A DNA stretch of 64,000 bases, from the NCBI GenBank assembly GCA_951406725.2, contig OX597816.1:148986001-149050000 (forward strand), written 5' to 3'. This document shows positions 53,818 through 64,000 of the stretch, one piece after another (positions within the stretch are counted from its first letter, which is position 1; each line of letters starts with the position of its first letter). The translations under genes and the position numbers were made by a program. Source of the DNA: Octopus vulgaris (Eukaryota). The notes under the pieces were generated by a model that was not told the DNA's origin, searched no databases, and saw only the letters and a program-made list of their open reading frames with translations.

Positions 53818-54665
53818 TCAAAGATTAATTTGTTGAAGCATTGGAGGTACGGTGGGAATCAGTAAGATGAGCTGACTTTGAGTAAATATAGAAAGCTTAG
53901 GGATTGAGAAGTAATTCCTAAGTATGAAAAAATATTGATGGGATTCGATAGCTTCAATATTTTTCAGCAATTGCTCAAGGACAGCCACCTTCGACTGGAA
54001 GATTGACTCAAAGGCAAGGTCAGTGATTAGAATTCCTAGGGAGCACCAAGCCAATGGGGCAGGGACTGCAATGGAAGGGAAGGACTCTGTAAAATGGTGA
54101 ATAGTTGGTTGATGTTTGAGAAGCAGGGTGGTTGAAGATCCAGAACTCAGATTTGGAGATATTTACTTGGAGATCCCAGTGACCAAGCTCCCCAACCGTC
54201 ATGTTAGCAATGACAAAAACCCTGTCAGGAGGTCCCCCAGACAAGCATTGTCAAGATACCAGATGTTGAAGTCTAGCACGATCCCCATCAAGGTGATGTC
54301 ATCAATGCCCAGTGCAAACAGAGTGGGCTTGATTGGGTCACCCTGTTAAACTCCTGAGGTGGGGGCGATGATATGGTCACCAAAAGAGAGATAGGAGGGC
54401 TCCCAATAAGCTGCCATGCAAAGCGGTAGAGTTGTGGGATCTTCTCACTCACTGAGCTAAGGACAGCATCGCGGCTAATGGAGTTGAAGGCATTCTTAAG
54501 GTCAAGTTTGAGGATGACCTTGAGTGACAAGGAGGGCAAGGTGACAGAGACCGATCGTTAGCACACCTTTGCAGTAGATGGCAAAGGGTGCAGGGCTCCA
54601 TTGGGTTTAGTGAGCCCAAATAATTTTACACCAAAGATTATTGAGCAGATATAGGGGAGGACATT
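53818..54665 (-). mobile_element. CRE-like non-LTR reverse transcriptase fragment
   Basis: LKLDLKNAFNSISR, QGDP, WYLDNA, LQVNISKSE, SIPKL. Confidence 0.7.
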
Positions 54666-56349
54666 CACTAATGTTGTAAATTCTAAGCATTAGAAGGGTC
54701 AGTGTTAGGAACGACATCCAGCCATAGAGACCAACCCAAAACCGATTATTCAACATCCCCAGGCCTTACCAGTTCTTGTCAAGCCATCCCACCCATGCTA
54801 GCATGGACAACAGGCATTAAATAACAATGATGATGATGATGGTGGTGATCTTTTTGTATATTAAAATAAACAATTTAATACAAATTTATATTGATATATT
54901 CATTTTCATGTAAATTTATATCAAATAAAAAATATCTTCAGTGCCATTTATACATAAGGCTATCTTACCAGATAGTGGCTCTCATCCTAATGTTCTTCAT
55001 AATACATCTTATATATAAATATGATGATATTTTTTTAACACAGATTGCCATTTGTCAAAATGTGTATTATACCATACAAATAAGAAGATATTTTTTAGAA
55101 CACTTATAAAAAACAAATGTCAATTATCCTTGACAAAGATAAAGAAATTGACCAAGTTTTTAGCGATACTCCTATTGATGATTGCCCATTTACAGAGACA
55201 GAGTATGTGAGAGCATAGACATTCTAGAAGACTGGTGAGAGCTGTGGTAAAGATGGAGTAGATCTTAGAGTAGTGGACTATGTTTTAGTCGACAGCATTA
55301 TATTAAGTTACCTCAAAAGCAGAGAGGGATCTATTTCAGTTCCATTCTTAGCAAGAACTGTAACAGGATGTATGTCTACCATTTTCAGCCTGTTAAAACC
55401 TCTACTAGGGTTTCACAGAACAAATTTCAAGAGAAACAGACAGCCATAAACACATTTTGGTTCTGAGCAGGATCATCAAACAAGTGAGGAACAGAAAGCT
55501 CCCAATAATCATAAGTTTCATTGGTGTTAAGAAAATATTTCTTACACTTCATTGAGGAAAATTTGTCTGCATTCTGAAAAGGTATGACAATCCTAAGAAT
55601 CTAGCACAAGCGACCAAGTAATGCATGAAGGCTCAAGTGAAGATCAACTTGCTCGACAGTGAAATGAATGTCTCCAACATCTACACCGCTTATGCAGCAG
55701 CGAGATAGTCATGTTCCCTCCCTCTCTGTTAATCAAAGATATTATTGAAAATTATGTAGAGAAGCACTGAGGTCACACTGCAGTCAAGAAATGGAATTCA
55801 TTATGAGTCAGATATTAGTTGTTAATCTTGGTTGTGTCTACATCTCACTTGTCTTAAATACTGCTGAGCAAGCTTGTAAAATCCCACATGCGGTTAATAC
55901 AAAATACATAAAAGTATAACTATTCTTAAAGAAAACAACTGATCTGAACTTCAAACACCAATGACACAGTCATGAGTAAAAGCGATGGAGAAGCCTTCCA
56001 GGTAGCAAAGGATTCCAATTCTACAGCGCTTAGATCTCATCTTTGTTTGGTGACTTCAAGGCAGCAGCACTGCTACCACCACTGCTATTGTTAAATCACC
56101 CAACTCCTAGTAGTACAAAGGTAATAAATGAGGATAACAACAGGTTACATCTAGCAGCAGTAGTCAACAAACAAGTTTATGTAGACAATATTGAAATTTA
56201 TCAACAATTTATCACAAGACTGAAAACTCTTCTGTATTTTTCATTAGAAAATAAAACAAGGCAGGTATTTCAAAGATTATTTATTACAAAATTAAAGCTC
56301 AATTTATCAGTGTGTATGTGTGTGTGTGTACTGAAAACTATTTCTGATA

Positions 56350-59300
56350 TCAAGTAAAACCATCTGTTTTATATAAACCTGTATTTTTGACATTGGTAAC
56401 TTGTGTTGATGATAATGGTAATCTGTCCCCTTCTGCTGTAAAAAGTCCTACAGGATAGACACTTTCACTGCTAACACAAGTCACATTGTTGTCAATTGAC
56501 TGAGTTGCTACAGTTCGAGTTAGCGGATTAGAAGTGTCTTCTCTTAAGAGTCTAGATTGAGAACACAGTTTTTCTTCACTATATGACACAGGAGATAAGT
56601 CAGAAACTGGAGAACTTTCAAATACATTAGATTTTAATTTGGGTGATGTTCCATATATCTTATTTATTGTTGCTTTGCTATTTGTGGTATCTGAAAATGG
56701 TAAGCTAAAATCTGTAGTGGACACAGCTATAGAATTCAAGGTAGTGTTCAGAGTCTGAGAACTATCTGAAACTGAACTAGATGTTGAAGCTCTTTTATTC
56801 ATTTGACCATATTCGTCGTCATCAGGCCCTACAGGCTCGATTTTTACAGTGGGAAGAATAACAGAACCAAATGGAGAGTTGCTATCCTTAGTGTCCGGAG
56901 ATGCAGCCTCAATCTTTTGCTCAAAGAATCTAACTGTATCTTCTTTATGTTCTGCTAATTCATTTTGAGAAACCTCCCGTTTAATATCCTCAGTAGGAAC
57001 AGCTGAAACATCAGATGGCATCTGCCTGGTATCATCAAACGCAGTGACTGTTGAAGCAATTTGCTGACGTGCTCCACTCAGAAGATGAGCATCACACATA
57101 TTTTGTAAGTATTTCATGTCTAATTGTTTTGCAATGACTTTTAGCTGTTGTAAAATATTAAGATCAAGATCTAATAGTCCAGTATATATGTATTCAACAA
57201 AAGCCATTAAAGTTTCTGTGCTTACTTCAGGAAATTTCACTTCATAAAACTGAGAAGAGATGTATGTACTAATTACTGAGAACAGTTTTGGAGATACAGC
57301 AGACAAAACTATTTTATGGACCTGAAATAAAGTAAATGATAACAGTATGTTTATAGCTTGCCAACAATAAAATGATACACACTTAAGAAACATGATTATA
57401 AAGTGGAAAAATTTACTACAAAACCTATTGACTACCAAAAGTGTCAAGCCACTGGAAGTTAATTTAAACTTCACTTATCTCAAAGAGTTATTTCATTAAT
57501 GCTTTAATTAAATCAACTCCATTTACTTTTTCTGTAAAATATTCTATTCCGTATTAGTAAGCAAATGTTTCAGAAAAAGTTATTGTCAATGATGGAATCG
57601 TAAAACTAAAGGCTACACCTACCTTTGAGAAATACAGAGAGACTAGCTATTTTGACCCTTAATTCGCTCGGATTTTGGTGGTGGTGTTGTTTTGTGTGTG
57701 TTGTCTCCTTTTCCCTCTCTTCTTTTGTTCGTCTTCTTTGCCTGGTTCTTTTTATTGTCCTCTTCTTTTTCTTATTTAAAAATTTTTTTCTTTGTCTTTA
57801 TCTTCTTGAAAACTAAATTTTCCCCATATTCTTCACAATGGCAACAAAATAGTTGTCGCGAGCGACTTGCAACCCTCCTCACACCATTGCCCACTCCATT
57901 TTACCCCCCCCAGTGTAAATTTTGGTGCCAATCCGACCCCATCTACCGCCACTTAAATCATTCCCATCCCAAAATGAGACAAATAACCAAGAAATCAAAC
58001 AACTTTTTTGCATTTCAGCTTTTTAGATATTGAAGTAGAAGAAAGAATATCTTGATATTAAGCACATTAGACATTATGCATAAATTTTTGGACTTACAAG
58101 CAAAATTCTTTGCTTATCATGATGATGACATTAGAAACAGTCTATAGATGTGAAAAAGTTTACAACTGTATACTTACCATCACAGTAGATGAGCCATTGC
58201 TAATACTAGCATCACATAATTTTCTACTTCTCCACATAGATGCTAGGTTAGACATCACATAACGGTGATGACTAGTAACTAGCAATTTTTGTTTCGGTAA
58301 ATCTGTTTTTCTAATTATTGATTTAGATACAGTTGTTTGATTTGGATCTTTCACCAGCTTTGATTTGGATGGAGTTATTTCAAATGGTGAAGTCAACACC
58401 TGAGCTGGCTTTGTAATATTTTGCGATGCTTGTGCTAAACTTGAATCTTGCTGGACTGGCATTTTAGTTGGATGTACACATTTTGAAGTCTTTGGAGATG
58501 ATAAAGCACTGTCCATTTGCCTAAAATGAAAATTTGTAATTAATTCAGAAGAAATGTATGAGAGAAAAATAGTAACTCAACAGCATTGTCAAAATACCAT
58601 TTTAGTCATCACATACCATCTGTCATGTGATTGTTGATTTCTTAACATTTGATTCTGGTGTTGCTTCTTCAAGTGTTGCTCCTCAAGGTGCTGTATTTTG
58701 TTCTTTTTTTCCTGTATCATTTTTATCTGAGTGTTGAGGAAGTGAGGCACGATCAAAGAAAGAAATAAAAAGATGAAAGACTAATGAATTCATTTAAATG
58801 GAAATAATTGAGACTGTGATGAATGGATAAGTTATTTTAATGAAAATGTCAAAGATAACTGAAAATTCTTGTTTATAAGGCTGACAAATAATGCTTAATT
58901 CCCATATTGAAACTTCCACTAAGAAAAAATGAAATCTGTTAGCCACATAAGTATATGGTAAATCCACAAAAGCATTCAAAATCAATCAGAACAGAGAATC
59001 TCTACAGAATTCCAAAACTGAAATGAGAATGGAGCTGCATGTTATACTTATTCTATTCTGAAATCTGACATGGTGGTAGATTGTTGTAATTTGACTTCAA
59101 CATCAAATATATAGTAACTGCTGCCACAATTCACACAAGACTTTCTCTGGTAGATTTTCTGCAGAAAATTTTTCAACATTATAATTCCTGATTGAGTTTA
59201 CAATTGATTTAACAGTAACTTCATTAAATTTGTATTTTTATCATATACATTGATTCCAAAGTTATATTCAATTTATAATGGATAGTGATTCCTCAACACT

Positions 59301-59960
59301 GTATAGTGTACATGATACTGTATTGCAGGTGTGTATTTCTTTGGTGCTGATAATACCAGATAATGAAGTACTGAGCACACTAAGTTACTTGACCTGCCTG
59401 CTGATGTTTATCGATTGCACAGCTCCTAAACCTGATATGGAGATTCAATGAAGCATACAAAGTATGACTGAGCCTTAATTCATGATTTTGTTCAGGTGCA
59501 AGGCGAGGCTGGCAACGGCCACGATCGGTCGGTGCCAATTCTTAATGAAAATTGTGGAGAGGCTGTAATACTAAAAGTTGACATCACAAGAAACTTCATA
59601 TCATAAACCTTCTTAATACATATATCCTTGGTCGCTGAAATTAATTGCAATATTAATAACCTCGCATATAAATTCCATAAGCAGATCTTTGTTATATTTC
59701 TCCTATTGGTGTGTGATGCTTAAGAATGTATGCCTGATATCTACCTTGAGAGTTGCACGATAAGCTCTTGTCCTCTGTTTCTTAGCTTCTAATCTTGCCT
59801 GCCTTTGTTCCACTGTTTCTGTCTGCCGACAAACCAATTGTCTTTGCCTATGATTTTGTAATCTTAATTGCCTTTCTTCTGTGGTTTCCCTTTGACGTTT
59901 TTCTCTTGCCCTCCTAGCTTCTTTGGTGAGACTGCTCAGTGATGATCGTTTGGGGCGCAT
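56350..59960 (-). CDS. STPR-repeat/BTB-POZ domain protein, copy D; join(59960-59745,58726-58617,58520-58178,57321-56350), about 546 aa
   Basis: Same splice sites and phases, open frame, 2 STPR-like repeats plus BTB. Confidence 0.85.
57643..58033 (-). mobile_element. Short non-autonomous Helitron in the last intron of copy D
   Basis: CTAG at 57643-46; 5' TCAATATCTAAAAAGCTGAAATGC resembles the 50412 end; absent in paralogs. Confidence 0.6.
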
Positions 59961-61189
59961 AATTTCATAACACTAGAAAAAAAATTTCCTTTTTTAAGAG
60001 AACATTGACACACATTTTCTAGATATCTAAAAAAAATTAGTACGATATCTTTTAATCAGAATGTTACAAACAACAAATTATACCAATAATTCTTTCCTAA
60101 TTATGTCTACAGAGAACTAGTATTTATATGGAGATTGCATCTGAAATATTAGTGTATGGTCTTCACTTTATACCTTATTGCTCTTTAGAAAGGCAGTGTA
60201 AGGGATTAGGTCCCCTTGAACACTATTATAAATTGGCCACATTACTTGCGATTTCACATCATATATGCTGACTCACATTGGATTCAAAATCTGAACTGAA
60301 TTTCTGTATATATATATGATGAAGCTTCTTTGCTACAATCAACACGAGAAAATAATTAAAATATGATCTTAAACCCTGCTGAGATTGACCCATACCAATT
60401 TGTGATTTTGTATCAGACTGGACTACCCATGACCCGTTGGGTCACCTGGACAGTCGGAGTTTTCTAGCAACGGATTTGTGTTTCATGGCTTTTTTTCTTC
60501 TCCAGTCTATTTTGCATGCTTTCAACGAATGTGACATATCGTAATCATGCATAAATGATTCCTTTATTCAGAAAAGGAAAGACTTCGCTGCAATTTCTTG
60601 CATGCCCTGGTATCACATAACAAGTATTTCGAGTCCTGTATCGCAAAAAGCTGTCAGTTATAGTACACACATACACACAAGAACAAGCACGCAGTTGACA
60701 AGACTTCCTCATGGAAACTAACAAATATTTTGTTTTCATTCGGTAATACAAAAGAAAAATTAAGATACAATATACTATTTCTGAGATTGTAAAATCCCAC
60801 ATGCGGTTAATAGAGAATACATAAAAGTATAACTATTCTTAAAGAAAACCACTGATCTGAACTTCAAACACCAATGATACAGTCATGGGTAACAGCAATG
60901 GAGAAGCCTTCCAGGTAGCAAAGGATACCAATTCTACAGTGCTTAGATCTCATCTTTCTTTGGCAACTTCAAGGTAGCAGCACTGCCACCACCACTGTTA
61001 TTGTTAAATCACCCAACTCCTAGTAGTACAGAGGTAATAGAAGATGCAGTTATCTTTCAAAATCATGATGATACATATATCAAGGAAATATAAACCTTCT
61101 GCCTAAACAATACATCCTTAACGCGAAAACCCTAACACTAACTACAAAAATTTTTGGAAACTTTTTTCAGAATCATAATCAGTGTGTGT

Positions 61190-61412
61190 GTGTGGCACGT
61201 AAAAAGCACCCACTACACTCACGGAGTGGTTGGCGTTAGAAAGAGCATCCAGCTGTAGAAACTGCCAGATCCGACTGGAGCTAGGTGCAGCCTTCTGGCT
61301 TCCCAGATCCCCGGTCGAACCGTCCAACCCATGTTAGCATGGAGAACGGATGCTAAACGATGACGATATATGTATATATATATATACATATATATATATA
61401 TACATATGTATA

Positions 61413-61444
<32 letters not shown>

Positions 61445-62268
61445 CATATATATACATACATATATATATATACATATATATACATACACTAGCAGTATCG
61501 CCCGGCGTTGCTCGGGTTTGTAAGGGAAATAACTATAAAGCATTTTTAGAGAGTTATAGCCAAAAAATGGGAAAAAAAATTATGGTAAATTTTTTTTTAG
61601 TTAAAAAGGTCGAGTTGCGTCCCCTAGACAGTCTGTGGTTTGTGTTTCTGATTCTCGACCCCATGTCGAATTTATCGATTTTTTTCAGAACTGGGGGAAC
61701 TTTTCAAAATTTTCGCTGCGTTAGTTTTGAATTATGACATTGGGCTATGTGTGTGTCAAGTTTCATCAGAATCGGTTGAAAGCCGTGGTCAGGGTGAGGG
61801 TACAAGCTGACAGACACACAGAAACACACACAGACAAACTGCCGTTTATATATAGAGAGATATATACATGTATGTATATATATATGCATATATATATATA
61901 TATGCATATATATGTATGTATATATATATATGCATATATATGTATGTATATATATATATATGCATATAAAAAGCACATAAAAAGCACCATCCGTTCGTGG
62001 CCGTTTGCCAGCTCTGTCTGGTACCAGTGCGGGTGGCACGTAAAAAGCACGCACTACACTCACGGAGTGGTTGGCGTTAGGAAGGGCATCCAGCCGTAGA
62101 AACACTGCCAGATTTGACTGGGCCTGATGAAGCCTTCTGGCTTCACAGACCCCAGTAGAACCGTCCAACCCATGCTAGCATGGAAAACGGACGCTAAACG
62201 ATGATGATGATGATGATGATATGCATATATATGTATGTATATATATGCATATATATGTATATATATAC

Positions 62269-62328
<60 letters not shown>

Positions 62329-62404
62329 GTATATATATGCATATATATGTATGTATATATATGCATATATATGTATATATATACATATATATGTATATAT
62401 ATAC

Positions 62405-62440
<36 letters not shown>

Positions 62441-62473
62441 GTACGTATATATATGCATATATATGTATGTACA

Positions 62474-62509
<36 letters not shown>

Positions 62510-62786
62510 CACATACATATATATATACATACATATGTATATATACATACATACGTATACATACATACATACGTATACATACATACATACGTATACATAC
62601 ATACATACGTATACATACATATATATATACATACATACATATACATACACATATATATACATACACATATATATACATACACATATATATACATACACAT
62701 ATATACATACATATACATACATACATATACACATACATACATATACACATACATACATATACATACATATATATACATATATATAC

Positions 62787-62832
<46 letters not shown>

Positions 62833-63060
62833 CACGTACTGTGCTGGTGGCACGCACTGTGCCGGTGGCATGTAAAAAGCACCCACTACACTCACGGAGT
62901 GGTTGGCGTTAGGAAGGGCATCCAGCCGTAGAAACATTGCCAGATCAGACTGGGTCTGGTCTGGTGCAGCCTTCTGGCTTCCCAGACCCCAGTTGAACCG
63001 TCCAACCCATGCTAGCATGGAAAGCGGACGCTAAACGATGATGATGATGATGATGATGAT
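61190..63060 (+). repeat. Cluster of three RTE-tail SINE copies (61190-61366, 61968-62219, 62827-63060) separated by TA/TACA microsatellites
   Basis: Each ends ggacgctaaac(gat)n; a compound microsatellite of about 600 bp lies at 62220-62826. Confidence 0.9.
61489..61860 (-). mobile_element. Short non-autonomous Helitron
   Basis: Hairpin cccgagcaacgccggg followed by CTAG at 61489-92; 5' TCTCTCTATATATAAA at about 61860. Confidence 0.75.
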
Positions 63061-63689
63061 ATATATGTATGTATATATATATGTATATGTATATATGTAT
63101 ATATATCAATAATACAGTAATTGTTTCTTATCAGGAACAAAATGTTTAATAGGACTGCTATAGAAGTGCTCAATTAAATGAGACAAATATATTAAACTGT
63201 GGTTGCAGAACAAACAAATACAAGGTCATCCACGTAACATTTCATATCTCGAACATTTAATCACATAATGCTTTTTCTTTCACATAGAATATACATGTAT
63301 AACATCACGGAAGATGAAACACAACTCATCAGTACAAGCATATAAGAAAATACAAGAAAAATGCGTGAATACAGTTCATCTCGGTTAAAAGTTAACGCTT
63401 AATATTTTAGCAATTAAGAAATATATATTTTTTAAAAAACATTACAACACCTAGAATAATAAAAATATAAGAAATATATAGATATATAAAAATACATATA
63501 TAAGTATAGGAAGCATATAAATAAGTAATATATAATATATAAGGTCAGATAAAAGTTCATTGTTTAGAAAAATTTTTTCCGATTCAAAATTACTTTTCAG
63601 ATAAGGGAAACCTATAGTTAAAAGCCAGTGTCCAAGCAAAAATGAAGAAAACATATTTACATTCCCTATGGCCATAGGGAATGTAAATA

Positions 63690-64000
63690 CGGTGGAGGTG
63701 ACTACAGCAGTTGTTTCGGGTCATAAATCTGTATGAGTAGAAGTCCATGCAGGATATTGGCTTGTTGAGATGTTCATTAAGATTTTTGAGGATGTTGCTG
63801 TAGTAGACCAATGTGGTAGTCATCCTCATCGTTAATAAACAGAAGTGGGTATTGGAGTGTATCGTATGATCTGTGTGTTTCACTAATTCGTTGGAGGGTG
63901 GTGTCACGTCGCCTGAGGACAATGTCTCTGGGATTGTGCTGTTCACCGTGAAGGAATACAGCTATTTCATTGCATGTGGGTGCATTGTAATGGCCTGCAT
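63690..64000 (-). mobile_element. Helitron RepHel N-terminal fragment
   Basis: AGHYNAPTCNEIA..RDIVL..ISETHRSYDTLQYPLLF and ISCMDFYSYRFMTR, homologous to about 46430-46720. Confidence 0.8.

Noticed and set aside
61219-63018. Long Y/I/M/C/V/H-rich ORFs on both strands
   Set aside because: Translations of TA/TACA microsatellites and SINE tails, not genes.

Overview
AT-rich animal genomic DNA with no bacterial features. The (GAT)n-tailed RTE-derived repeats, tRNA-SINEs and TA/CA microsatellites look octopod/cephalopod-like (inference). The backbone is a minus-strand tandem array of a spliced gene family: four copies (A 7993-12921, B 27682-31080, C 39730-41822, D 56350-59960) plus the first coding exon of a fifth copy at 521-901 that continues off the left edge. 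Reading the splice sites by hand gives an in-frame four-exon CDS: an exon of 23-aa E-T-x-E-E/Q-R-x-x-R-L (STPR-like) repeats, a short linker exon, and two exons encoding a BTB/POZ domain followed by a Ser/Thr-rich tail with SUMO-consensus motifs. Repeat number differs per copy (4, about 6, 2, 0, 2). Copy C has lost the repeat exon, which is replaced by a Helitron complex. Similar MPPK-basic/repeat N-termini occur in Helitron relics in the window, suggesting a Helitron-derived DNA-binding module fused to a host BTB gene. Introns and spacers are full of mobile DNA: mariners, a pogo-like fragment, Helitrons, MITEs, RTE and CRE-like LINEs, and SINEs. One RTE LINE carries an internal 5'ETS-18S rRNA fragment.
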